Positions 36,671 through 48,969 of a stretch of DNA of 64,000 bases are shown piece after piece. Under the pieces are notes generated by a model. It searched no databases and was not told where the DNA came from. It saw nothing but the letters and a program-made list of their open reading frames with translations. Positions within the stretch are counted from its first letter, which is position 1; the number at the start of each line of letters is the position of its first letter. Both the position numbers and the translations under genes were made by a program. The DNA is from Basidiobolus meristosporus CBS 931.73 (taxonomy: Eukaryota; Fungi; Basidiobolomycota), in NCBI GenBank assembly GCA_002104905.1, contig MCFE01000006.1, forward strand, positions 186,001-250,000, read 5' to 3'.

Positions 36671-37499
36671 ATGGAGATACAAGTTTGGAAATCCTGCAAA
36701 CAACCAATTTAGACGGAGAAACCACGAAATATTAGGAAACCTGAAGGGCTTTCATTAATCATTGCGCACAAAATTCCGAGCGATTATTTTTCGTTGCCAT
36801 TCCACCTCACCCGTTGCCCACCATTAGGGTGAAAGCCAGTGGCTAGGCTTCATAGGTATAGTACAGAGTAGATGGGAACTTACTTGATGAACATGGCATT
36901 CCACCTCAATAAGGCCCCATGTCCGGATATTTGGAAGTTGTAGATCTAAACAAAATTGGGTGTGTGCTAGTTTTGTATAGCGTTCCGATGGTGCGGATCC
37001 GAGATATCCACTAGAGCGCTTATTGTGCCACGCGATTCACCATGAGATACAACATATGCTATGTGGTGCTCGCTGAACCATCCCAACATCCGAATTTCAT
37101 GACAGACAAGATATTGGGGCTTGATGGGATAAAAGTATTTGCATACTAGTGACCCTCAACATCACGACATAACCGTTCCCCACGTCTGGATAGGTCAGAA
37201 GGGCCAATGTTTGAATCATCACCCATCCGCACAGGCTTGGATACTGAACAATAATACCTGATGCTGGCAAAGATGGCGCCAAGTCGGCCTCGAGATGTAC
37301 TGGCCTACGTAGCAGCACCTACCAATGTTGCCTACCCAATTGAAACTGGTACCCTTCCCAACTAGCTAAGAAGTAAAGCGCAGATAGGGTCCAACTTCCG
37401 ACGTTCCGTCTCCCAACCAGTAGAGCATGTACAGGTCAGCATAGAGCATATGGTCAATTCCCAACTTTATTGTACCACTCGGTCAGGAAAATGAGGGAA

Positions 37500-38116
37500 T
37501 TATTGGTCAGTCTTTCTTCTGGGGGCGCGACGACCACGGTTAGCACCAGGAACGAAAGATTGAACTGGAGCACTGACGGTGACTCCGGGAAGGTTCTCCA
37601 TGTTGAGGGCCTTGAGGAGCTCCTTGGTCTCGGGATCAACCTCGATGTTGGAGACATCCAAAGCAGAGAATTCAGGGACGTAGTTGTCCTTACGCTCACG
37701 CTCTTCTTCTTGAAGCTTGAATGAGATACCGCGGACGGGACCACGTTGAATACGCTTCATCAAATGGGTGGTGAAACCGGCGATCTTGTTGCGAAGACGC
37801 TTGCTGGCGATGATGGCGACCTCATCACAGATCTTCTTGTTGGTTTGGAAGTCCAAAGTGAGACGAGGGTAGTACTTCTCGATGATGACTCTGGAAGCCT
37901 TCTTAACGGTCTTAGTACGAACGCGACCCTAATACCAATGAGACGTTAGACACAAGCGACCGAATGGACCTGGCCGATCAGTCGACCCCGGGATGGATGT
38001 ATCGTGCGATTTCATAGATGACGGGGCGTCCAGGCCCCATCCACACGATGGCACTCGCGCACGCGACATACGCCACCGACGGACCCCGACTGATCGTGCT
38101 CTTGGGGACTTACCAT
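37500..38116 (-). CDS. RPS17: 40S ribosomal protein S17 (eS17), 2 exons: 38116-38114 and 37928-37500
   Basis: ATG|GTAAGT..TAG|GGT gives [87 protein letters not shown]. Confidence 0.98.
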
Positions 38117-38621
38117 TGTTTATGTGGAATACAGCAAAAGGATTGCTTGCCCGTAAAAGTAAAAGAGAAAGACTTCTGGCGAGTTGGCTCAGTCCTTTTG
38201 TTGCGACCGCCTAGTCCCTCCGTACCTCCCGGTTCGGCCCCGGGTATTTTTCTTTCGGGATTTCTTTTTTCAGCCCTGATTCGATGGATCGTGGGTGCCT
38301 CTGGGCGGGTGGATGGCGCCGAAATTCGGTAGATATCGACTTGTTTATTGCATTGTCCGAATAGCATGAATACATCTTAAATATACCGCAATAAAGCTAG
38401 GGGTTCATAGGGATGCCAACGAGGTGCTACAAAAGGGATGCTCAGTGGAGGGGTGGTTTGTAGGCACTGGGGTCCGCGGCGTGGTGGGGCGTCCCGGGAG
38501 AAATGGAGAATCTACGCAGGAGCTCCCCGCCACAATGCTCGCCGTTGGCAAATAGGGCCATATTGACTGAAAAACGTACATTTCTATAAACAGTTCGATG
38601 AAGGGACCGTTGCGGCGGGCC

Positions 38622-40875
38622 TCAGTTATTCACAATCTTGTCGCGGTACTCGGCAATATTCTCGTGGGTCAATAACACCAAGTCACGCTTGGTGAGGGGC
38701 TTCTTGGTCAAGGGGCAGATGTTTCTCTGCGCATCCGAAGTCAAGCACCGAACCCAATTCTCATAGCCCATCACATGGCCGTAAGGGGAAATGGCGGGCT
38801 TCACCACTTCGTCAAGAGTAATGGGGTCAACGAAGCCAGGCAGTGGGTTCTCTGGATCATGATCGGCCTCCTCCTCCTCTTCCTCCTCCTCGGCTTGCTC
38901 GGATTGCTCTTGAACTTCTTCGCCGGGCGCGGCATTGCGCGCTCTAGTGCGTCGCGTGGTGTTCCAGGATGCATACCCCAAGACGCCCGAGTCGTTGTCG
39001 TCGTAATTATCGGACGTCTCCTCATCCTCATCATCGTCGTCACTGCCATAGAAGTTTCGTCGCTTACGCTTAGCTTTGGTTTTGCGGATTGGACGGGAGC
39101 TTCCACCGCCCGACTCGCTGTCGTCAGCATTGGATCGGCGGCCTGTTCCGTGCTTCGAATGGGTTCGGAATGTATGCTCGACGGTGCCATCCTTTTTCTT
39201 CTTCTTGAATAGAAAGTGGGCCTTGCCTTTCTCATCCAGAACGTAATTTGGATCATGGATCTTGCTGGTTTCAATAAGATGGCGGTAGTAGTTGGAGCAC
39301 TGATGGTAAAGCAGCGTTGAGTATCTAGTGACTACGCAGCAACCGTATCTTACTCACCTGGTACCCGACTCTGCCTGGGATGGTCATCGAGAAGATTCCC
39401 CATTGACCATTGGCCCCAATCTCTTTCAGACGGGCATGGAAAAGCTTTTGCTCTGCCGACGACCATTGGCCGGTCCTCTGCTCCTCCCCGGGCGCATTGA
39501 ATCGGTAATAGTAGGCATTTGGGTTTTTGTCAATCATTCTGTAGGCTTTTATACGTGCCTCTGACCATCCCTTCATGGCGTCTTCAGGGTTGACCTTGTT
39601 CTGTTGGATTTGCTTCAGAGCATCATCTAGAGCCAGCCTCCCGCACCGCTGATATTTTCTTGGCAACAATGGTTAGCAATCATACGATTCCACGTTGTTG
39701 ACTCGGTACTTACTGCTTCGCATCCGCAGTGGTGGACTTCTTGAGGGTTGAAGTACGCTTACGCACCAACTGCTCGTAAGCCTCCCTCTGCTCCTCTGTC
39801 ATGGTTTGTGCTTTTTGAAGGACCATCAGGAATTAGAGCAGCCGAGAAAGGTCATGGATACGATGCTTACACTGTGCGGAAACGGTTTCCTCGTTTTTTT
39901 TCGCAAGTGCTTTACGCAATCTAGATAGATACCCAGGCTGGGCAAACTGGACGATCACTTCGTCCTGACGAGAGGCCGAGGAGAATCAGTATAACACGCA
40001 TGCGGTTGATGCACTCTAGATGAAAACAATCCGAGTACCTCGTCGTTGGACCATTGCTTTAACGCGTGCTTGATTTCATCATCTGAAAGATAATCGAACA
40101 TCGTTCGAATCTTGCGGGCTTTCTGCTCAAACTCTCTACGCTCAAATTCAGCAAACTAAAGGTCGGGAATGTTGTTTAGGATGCCCCGTCTGGGTGCCGA
40201 ATGGGAGCTCGTCACTTACTCGACGTTGCTGAATAGCAACCCGTTGGGCAATTATGTCCATCTCCTGCTCTGTAACCTCCCCGCTAAACATGTTGTCTTT
40301 ACGAACAGTGGCGATCTCTTGGTTACTGAAAAGCGATATAAGTATTTCTGTAAATAGAACGATATTGAAAAAAGTGGGATTACCTCTCTAACGTAGACAT
40401 GGAAGCACCCTCGGGCTCACACGCTTTGTATATGTATTTGCTGGGAGAGGGTGGGCCTTGACTGCGTAGTTGCTCCTAGAAACAGAGAGAATGAATCGTT
40501 GAGGAGCAGCTGAGAAAAGTCAGCCGACGTTTGGAGAAACCTTTAATTTCTGGAGCTTGTTCAGCCAGGTTTCCGTATAAAGACCGCAATAGATAGAATA
40601 GACCGCCTTTTTTAGTCTAGGTATATCACCGCTCTCTAAACCCGGTCGAATGTGAAAAGAAAACGGTTAGGCTTGCGTGAAATGGCCAGCAACCAACAAG
40701 CCACTCCGAAACTACCTTCGGGGAAAAACTCCGAGCACTTTCGTTTCTCCTCCACCGTGGGCGAAGCGGCCTTTTCTTTTCCCTTGGGGGTTGGCTCTTC
40801 CTTGACGGCTTCCTTGACCTCCACCATTTCCAAAGAGACGTTTTCTGCACCCTCTGCCATCATCACTTCCGACAT
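38622..40875 (-). CDS. Multi-exon protein with CUE/UBA-like segment, Myb/SANT-like repeat and C-terminal U-box-like domain
   Basis: Spliced via GT..AG introns. Contains MFDYLSDDEIKHALKQWSNDEDEVIVQF, GQWSSAEQKLF..GQWGIFSMTIPGRVGYQCSNYYR and FVDPITLDEVVKPAISPYGHVMGY..CPLTKKPL. Exact exon borders are partly inferred. Confidence 0.8.
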
Positions 40876-41388
40876 GCTTTCTGTGTATTTGTGGCGGCAA
40901 TGGTTCTCCGGAGACCCAATACAAAAAACAGGAGCAATCTCTATTTTCGACAGAATGCGGAGTAGGCGTCCTTGTTTGTGTTTATAGTGTGAATCATTTT
41001 ATGAAGCATCCAATCAAGACGCTTCCATTGGTCCGATGAGGAATCCACGCCCTTCTTCATGTCATATTGTTGAGCATGTGGGCCAAGTGAATTTCTGAGC
41101 CAAAATGCTGCGAACTACCTGAAGATCCTGATAGAATAGGCATGCCATCCTGATGGGTTTGGGTCATCGTCCATCCATTTAAGTAGAATACTACCCCGTA
41201 TGAAAAGCTAATGTTTATTTAAGTAGAATTCAATTTCCAAACTAAGATATACTCGATACAGATTCGGTGGAATATGCGAGATTCAAGCTTCTACTAAGGA
41301 TTGCACCAATCCTTGCGATATTATATTACAGTACAGGCTGCATACCTCGATGCGTTTTCTTTTCTGAGCACCGTTTAGCAGGATATCA

Positions 41389-44005
41389 CTAGTATGCCAA
41401 TGGATCAGTGAAGTACCCGGTAGCCCTAGATACATATCCTTTGGGAAGCCATAAATACGGTAGCTCGCCAACCAACGCTGGATGATGGTAGGTGGTGTCC
41501 TCCATATCCAACACACCTGGTACCCTTGTGATTGATTGCCAAGCTTCTGCTCTGACCGAGGGGTCAAATGTTGCGGGCGAGACGGGGGTTGATTCCCTGG
41601 GGTAATAAGGGTCACTGAGGTCCTCGGACTCGGCAACTGCAGTGGCGTCCAGATCGCTGGCGACATCCAAAGATAGCACATTTGCGTACTCACCAAAGTT
41701 CTGTTCACAGAAGTATCCGAAGATCACTGAAATAAACACCAGAGGGAAGGTGAATCCGGAAAGCCATCTGACACCCTTGAGAAGGGAAAAGATAGCGGTC
41801 ATGGTAAGCTGGAACAAGATCAGCCCCCAGAGCAAGCGCTGAAAAACACAGGGCCAAATGCTTCCACCAGAGTCGTAACGAGTACGATAAATATAGACGA
41901 GGTGGTGACGATAGATAGTGAATCCGATCAAGAAGTACAGAGTGCCGAACACCGTAATCAAAGGGGCGATGATCGAATAGGTGAGGATTACAATGAAGAG
42001 CAGCATTGGCATCGAGTACAATGACCCATAATTCACGAACACGGGGGAGAAATACTCCGAGCGGTCGCGTGGAGTTTGCCAGGTGAGTTTATTGATCCAT
42101 CCAAATATCAAGCAATCGATGCGAGTCAACTCGACGAATGGCAGGACCACAAAGCTATGAAGGATAACATAATTGATGAAGAAGGACGAGACCTGAGACG
42201 AGGGTTAGGATGTGCCGGAGATTTTGGTCTGCAGTAGATGATGCTTCCATACCTTTGGCAATTCTTCGCCCAGTTTGTTCAGCAGCTTTCCAATCCAAGA
42301 CAGCAGATCCTCCGGGTTTTTAATCCCTTCAAGTGCTTTGAAAGTTGTACCGGCAATCATGAATACAAGAAGGATATTGATGAAGATGAACACAAAGTAT
42401 CTAATATCCCATGTTACTACACATCAGCACGCAACGAATTTAAAGCCACTTACTTGCTCATTTGCGCATTCTGAATACTGCTGTACGTTCGCAAGCCTTG
42501 GAATCTGGAGAGCCCAGCCATCAGATGTGGTACCAAACTGGAGAACCCAGCAACCGCTATCGTTGGAAGTGAGCCTTGAATAAGACCCAGGGTCCAAGGT
42601 GATAGGATTCTGTTGATATTCGGGAACAAACGCTCCAGGGTATTACTGCTGAGCAGACTGGAAATCAGTGCAGATGGTATGGTCCAGAACAGCACAATTA
42701 AAGTAACCGCAATGTGGACAAACAACGTGTGGAAATTCTTCTCCATCGGATGGATAGTGGCATTGGGCCAGTAAATGTCACGAGGCTCACGGGCCATTCT
42801 GGTCACAAACTCATATGGCTTGTGGCTGTTGAGTGTCTGGGCAGCAATATTGGCTGCGTTTTGAGTGGCGAAGGTTATGAAAGCTGAAGACGCAGGTGGA
42901 TAATACTGGCTCCGTTTCTCGGTCACTTTTTGATCGTAAAACTGGAATTTTGAGTAATAGTAATCAAGAGCATCGACTCGGTTACCAAAAAGCCCCAAGA
43001 ATCCTGTCCTGGTTGTTGGGCGTCTACTGGCTACTTGATCGAGATCGAAGGCATCATTGGACTGTGATAAAAGCGGCTGCTCCAGTGTAAAGTCGACCTC
43101 GGACGCAATCTCCGAGCTCGATCGTTGAGTCGACCGACGAATAAGCTTCATATAGGTTCGCTCAAGCTTATCCAGGTATTCAAAGCGCTTCTTGAGCACA
43201 GCTTCCAGTTCACTGACCTCCCTATTCAAGACCACCTGATCTATGGTGCCAATGCTCAGACCGTTGAAATAGGCCGTTAAATTTTCCTCCGTCCGATAGC
43301 GAGATGGAATCCCGGTAACCAGAACGGTGCGCGATCGGATATCTATGGCAGAGTCTCGGAGAAACTGCTGGCGCAAAATAATGAATTTTCGATAGTTGCG
43401 GTAGAGCAGGTAGTATGCGAAGAACGAAAACATCCATGTGAAGACCATGTGCGTAATATAATATGGGCGTGTGACGCTACTCTGGTCCGAAGAGTCGTCC
43501 GACGACTGAGAATCCTCCCTCTTATCTGGTGGAGTAACCAAGTCAAGCGGAATGAGAACAAACACTGCCCAAAACATCAAGAAGCTGAAGAGGACTAGCC
43601 CCATCTTCCAAAAGCGAAGGCACTAGATAACACGTGAGTCTCCTGAATGTTCCGGTAATGTTGGAAGGTCCATAAATACCATGACTGCGTCTAAACCAGC
43701 GGAACTCATGATGTCGTTTTCCTTTATGCGATACAAGGCAGGAATCCAAGAAAATATCGTTCTCGGTAGAGGTGGCAGTGGGTTCTGCGGCCTAGAAATC
43801 GGGATGTTCTTAGAAAATGGGGAATATCGTAGGCACCTATGGTGCGCACATACCCTCTCCAACTTGTTTTAGGTGAGTAGAACTCCTTCCATCGGTTGCG
43901 CAATAAGCAAAAAAACAACACGCAAAATATGAAAACAGGGGTTGTGATGGTCAACTGGGTGATTAGAGGCGTGGCCTTATGCTTCGTATCCTCCGTAGCT
44001 TCCAT
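41389..44005 (-). CDS. CSC1/OSCA/TMEM63-family (RSN1/PHM7-like) calcium-permeable stress-gated channel
   Basis: EFYSP, SWIP..AGLDA, SRTVLVTGIP, SSAFITF, AREPRDIYWPN, FQGLRTYS, APLITVFG..Y..RYDSGGSIWP..QLTM motifs and many transmembrane segments; several short introns. Confidence 0.93.
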
Positions 44006-44590
44006 TCTTTCCCAAATGGCGTAAAAAGGTCGGGCTATGGTACGCGCACTTCACAGAACAGAATGTCCAGGAAAATGTTTAAAAGCAATCCAATATAAAA
44101 GAGATGGGCAGCAGTGATTTGCCAATAAAGCTTGTATAAGCCATGAAATTCATTAAATCTTTCAAAAAGGAATATTTATAGTGTCGAATAATCATTTCGT
44201 ATCACAGCATCAGATTAGTATGAATGTTGATAAAAAACACGCTGTACATGCTTATGCGGTGCACTATTCGTTGCTTGGGTTCCCTGAGCAATCATCATTT
44301 GATAACACTCTAAGCACAGAAATACTCCGGCTAGCTCCCATTACGACTGAGAAAACCGGACATTAATCCGTTTGATGATATGAGGGTCAATATGTCTCGG
44401 AGAGTGGATCTTGAATAGTACTGACTATATGTTTACTTGGTATGATGACGTTGGATATATGCACAATCAATCACTCACCGATGACGGATATCTGATTATT
44501 GTATGGTATGATGTAAGATTTAGATAGCAGTGTGCCCGTGCAAGACACGTGTTAAGTTGGTATCATTTAGCGACCAAGAGAGCAAAGGCC

Positions 44591-46067
44591 TCAGTTGTAT
44601 AACATGGTGATGACGAACGTGGAGATTGTGAACATAGCCAGAAAAGCATTGCTGTCGAACAGCGAGGCAGTTTGGGAGATGGAGGCGGCGTGAACGGTAT
44701 CTAGAGAGGTGAATAGCTGGAATGGCTGGAACAGCCTTGTGATGTTGTATGTTGGTCTATATGCGTCTAGAATCTCCTTGCTGGCCTCCAAGTATCTCGG
44801 GTCGTTGTAGATCACGTACGCGCTTTGTAGAGTACGCACGTACTGGAGAGTGGATTCGAAGCCGCCCACATTTGGATACGGCCAGGTGCTTTGATTCAGC
44901 GAATACGGCAAGAGATAATCCAAAGCACGCTTTATGCTCTGCCCACTTGCACCCTTGTAGTGATATAAATCAACGCCAACCTTGGCGCTCAGCGCGGCCA
45001 AATGGAATAGTCCGTTCAAGTTGAATATGGAATAAAACCAAGAAGTGGCTCTTAAGGTTTCGTGGGGCTGTGCTCCTTCAGGGCTAATCTGAGTATCGAT
45101 TCTGCAACTTGTGGCATTTAGCGCTACCTTTGAAGCCAGGTCATCCCGGCCAAGAAATAGAGCAATGGCCATGTATTGGACATCGAAGTAGGTGGCTATT
45201 TCGAAATGTTAGTCAATGGCAACGGAGTGGCCGTGGTTTTTGCTTACCGTGATTATTGTGAGAGGTACGTTCGAGAAAACCAAGCTCGCTCTCGTCCAAC
45301 CATGTCATGTATTCAGTAAACCATTCGCGCAAACCATCCGATAACTCATCAGTCCATTGCGGCGATTCTTGCAGATACGGAATGACATTGAACAGATCGG
45401 GTAACACATTCAAGTCAATGATTCCCTGTCGCCTGCCGAGCTTTTCCCCACGAATGTATGATGCGTATTTCAGATGCGGATTCATTCGGGTTGAGTTATC
45501 AACAAACCAAGCTCGAATATGCTCTATGGCTTTGACCGCATACGCATCATTCTCGAGGAAGTAATAGGCCAGACCCAGTGATTGAACGTCCCGTACCTAT
45601 ATCATGACAGCGTTATTAAAGGACAACCAGTCAAAGATGGGGAAAGGTGCACACACCAGGGAGCGAAATAGCTGGTAGTCAGATACGCTATTTATCTCTG
45701 GATTGGGGTATCCATCACGACGCTTGTATGGAAGACCGTCTGGGGATTTCTCGTTTGGCCAGTAGTACCTGGCGAGCGATAGATAGTCCTGACGACTCTT
45801 ACTAGGAGGCAGCTGTGTTTTGGTACTGATGGTGTAGATCGTGTCATTGCCACAGGCCCGATCAGCCTTCTTTTTCAACGTGTAGAACGCATCCTGGAGA
45901 TTTGCGTCGTATGAGTTTAACTGCTGCTTATTTTCGGCCAGAACGTACGGGTCTATGCTAACGAATGGAAACCTTTCCATGGTGTTGGCGCTATCAACCA
46001 TCACCATGCCCTCGAACAATCTCAGAGAAACCAACAGAGCCAATGCACCCTTCGACTTGCCAACCAT
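44591..46067 (-). CDS. Alginate_lyase-fold polysaccharide lyase (PL38-like), secreted and probably GPI-anchored; 3 exons
   Basis: DYLSLARYYWPN..PDGLPYKRRDGYPNPE, WF....RMNPHL.YA, NNH.TYFDVQ, WFYSIFNL and VDLY motifs. Hydrophobic N-terminus from the ATG at 46067 and a hydrophobic C-terminal tail. Confidence 0.88.
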
Positions 46068-47126
46068 GGTGGTCAATAATACACTCAAAAAACTGGAGGC
46101 GTTGAGAAACAATCTATTGAGGGCTCTGCGCGATATCACTCCAACAACACCAAGGAAAACGTGGATAAAGAGCTGGTCGTAGTGGAGCGAACGCTTTTGA
46201 ACGATATATACCAATAACTCTGTCAGTAGTGACGAAAATCTTTTATATTTGTTTAGAACTGCCTCATGGTTCATGAGCTTCTCGGCGGCAGAGCTGCTCG
46301 GAATATCCCCGTGATCAGACTATTACAAAGGACTGGATATAATCGATGCTGGGGAGTTGCGCTTTTGACAATATCATGACAGTGAGGGGAATTCGGCGGG
46401 GATTATTCGGGATCTTCCAGGCGTGTGATCTCGGATGTTATTGTGTTTTTACAGTGCGTGCGGATTGGTAAAGACGATAGCTTGACACCATGCCATTGTC
46501 GGGCGCATGAAGTAACCAATTTCGCAGCATGTGCTACAATGGATATGTCCCTTCGTTCTTCTAAAGCGCACGCAATGCTTCAAACTGCCTGATCCAATTC
46601 ACAATTCTTGAAGGCTAGGCAATGTAGACGAGCCAGTTGATCAGGAGCGGCTCACTGCATTCATTGGGATCCCAAGTGATCATCTTTGGGAGTGCTCTAA
46701 GGAAAGGTCACATGACGACGCCGTACCGATGTATTTCCGCAGAGATCGGGATGCCCGGAATGAGTAGGTTAGACAGATGCCCCTGGATGATCTTAACGAG
46801 GCACCCTTGGCTGGGCTAGCCTTTTAGGCTTCCGCCCTTCCAAATCCATCCACAATGGTAAATTGCCACATGTGGCATGCATGATCTATTGGAAAAATCC
46901 GTTTCAGGGATGTATTTATTCTAGCTTGAATCCTGCTCAAAATCCGGTTCGACACTATATATGACCTAGTGACAAAACCCAAGCTATCACCTTAGGGTCG
47001 ATAGATATACACCTTGATGGTGAATTCCCATGGGGAAGTGAGTACCTTGAAGTTTGATAGATGTATGGTACAGAGGGATTTGGGTCGTGGGGATCTCACT
47101 GGATGGAGGCGACCTCGGACATCACT

Positions 47127-48027
47127 TTAACGGAACTCGAAAGACGAAGAATACGGCTGTGGGATGTGCTGCAGTGAGAGTTGCTGGAACCATTCCGAGT
47201 TCTAAAAAGTGCAAATGCAAGTCAAGTCAGATCAGTTACGCGCTGACAAAAAGAATCAATCGAGGTTCGAACAACCTGGTGGTAGTAGAAGCCTAGTATT
47301 GTTCCGGTGGAGCGCTGAAAGCAAACATAATAGAACCCGGCAAAGCTAGCACCGTGGATGGAGCGGACATGGTGGTCAGGCACTAAGAAATGCTCTTTCC
47401 AGCGCATGAAGATGAAATCGTTGTCCATAAAATTGTACTGGAACCCATCCTGGTTGAACACGGTCGAAAAGTCCCCGAACGCAGGGAATTTAAGCTAGGT
47501 GGTTCGAAGGCCAAAGGTTCAATACTATACTGCAACGGTTGTGTTTGAGAGAAAGTTTACCCAGTGCTGCTTATCGATAAGTTCATCAGCTTCCCACTTT
47601 CTTGTTAAAAACGGGTACTTTGGGCCAATAATTTCCGCGTCAAAGAACGTGGTCAGTTCAGGAAGGTCGTCGGTCAGCCCCTTGATGTGCAAATAGCCAC
47701 ACAGGTAGGAATCACTTAGGTCAACATACTACTCGAGGTTTTGGACCAGCTTAATGAAAAGGATGGAAGCAAATTCACAATCAATATGCGAAGTACCTGT
47801 AAATGCACTTGCACTTCGTAACTGCTTCTTCCGCTCCGTTGTTGTCCCTGGAACTTGCTTCCCGAATATAAGGAGCACGTCCCACTAGAGGTGAGTCTTA
47901 CCGAGGAAATATTGGTAAGAATCCGTTTTTTAGATATGTGTTCCTCCTCGCGGTTATCCTCCACCGAGACGGGTTTCCGTCCAGAACCAAAACCAGTTCT
48001 CGAAACGAGACCTGAACTTACTGGCAT
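47127..48027 (-). CDS. GID4: GID/CTLH complex substrate receptor Gid4 (Vid24 family); 4 exons
   Basis: [86 protein letters not shown]. Confidence 0.95.
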
Positions 48028-48747
48028 TTTTCGCGACCCGTAATGAAATTTGCTCACGATTTCAAGGAACGAGTGTAGTACTGTGATTTAGACTGGACTT
48101 GGGAAATGTTTATAAAACGAAAAACGCCAGTCACGTACCGTCATTCGCAAAAAAAAATGGTTGTTCGAAAAAAAATGATCATAACAAATAAAACCAATCC
48201 ACCTGATCATCGGGGTTTTCCATGGATATTTGGTATTCGCTATGCGCTCGTCCAATGAGCCGTCACAGCAATCGCCCCAAATAAGCGATCGATGATTAGA
48301 GGATTCTGATACCATCACTCATACCTCGACCGTGAGAGCTGGGCTAGCGTGATGTGTTGGGTAGGCCATGCTGACTTCACGGATCCCGGACGAACGCTGG
48401 ATAAGAAACCCACCAACCCGTCCAAGATCCTTCTTGTTTGTAAATATCCTGGCTATGCAGTAATCCTACAGGGTTTGGGAAGTATCGCAGATAGGGCGGA
48501 GGCGTGGATTTGAAACCTGACGAGGCACATCCTCAAGTTCGAAACTGACCTAGCAATGAATATGAACTATGCTTGTTGTTGACTCTACGAAGCATAGATG
48601 GGCTTAGAGCCCATTGTATGGGTGGTGCGCCGAGTGTTTTGGGTCGTTCGATATGTAGGCACCTCTGGGGCGCTGGATTTCTGAATATACTGGAATGATG
48701 CGTCCATGGGTTAGTCTGTGCCATATCACACATGCTGAGCCAAGAGC

Positions 48748-48969
48748 TTAGATGGCCATGTTTTATTGTGTGTGTTTAGGTTTTATCTGTCAGAGGTGAT
48801 CAGAGAAAGTGGAGTATTGTTTCTTCCCAGTTCACATGGGTGTAGTCATTTTGAATCGATATAATGTCTGGTTGGATGTTCCAGATCTCTGTATAGGTGA
48901 GTTTTTGTAATTGTATCGTTTCATGTGTTGGTATGTGTTAAGGTAGATGGTGAATTTTCTTTGGAATAT
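48748..48969 (-). mobile_element. 222-bp insertion flanked by a perfect 16-bp direct repeat; possible 5'-truncated LINE fragment
   Basis: ATGCTGAGCCAAGAGC at 48732-48747 and 48970-48985. The interior is CpG-poor and reads ..EETILHFL*SP on minus, similar to the LINE C-terminal ETxxHxLxxCP motif. Confidence 0.45.

Noticed and set aside
36880-37320. Exon-like segment (TTTAG..GTAAGT on minus) and ORF 37097-37318 downstream of RPS17
   Set aside because: No consistent start or continuation and no recognisable protein motif.
37470-37949. Plus-strand ORFs overlapping RPS17, and similar antisense ORFs over the other island genes
   Set aside because: Antisense shadows of biased codon usage in real minus-strand genes.
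44591-46067. Recent bacterial horizontal transfer of the lyase
   Set aside because: It has two spliceosomal introns and host-like composition, and the family is known in fungi. An ancient transfer cannot be judged here.
46068-46274. Longer N-terminal extension of the lyase ORF (MNHEAV..)
   Set aside because: The ATG at 46067 gives a signal-peptide-like start. The upstream 69 codons look like incidental open 5' sequence, though this is not excluded without RNA data.
46864-46877. 14-bp palindrome TGCCACATGTGGCA
   Set aside because: A single short palindrome is expected by chance in 64 kb and has no supporting context.
47255-47515. GGTTCGAA T-loop-like motifs suggesting tRNAs
   Set aside because: They fall in GID4 introns with no cloverleaf or A-box.
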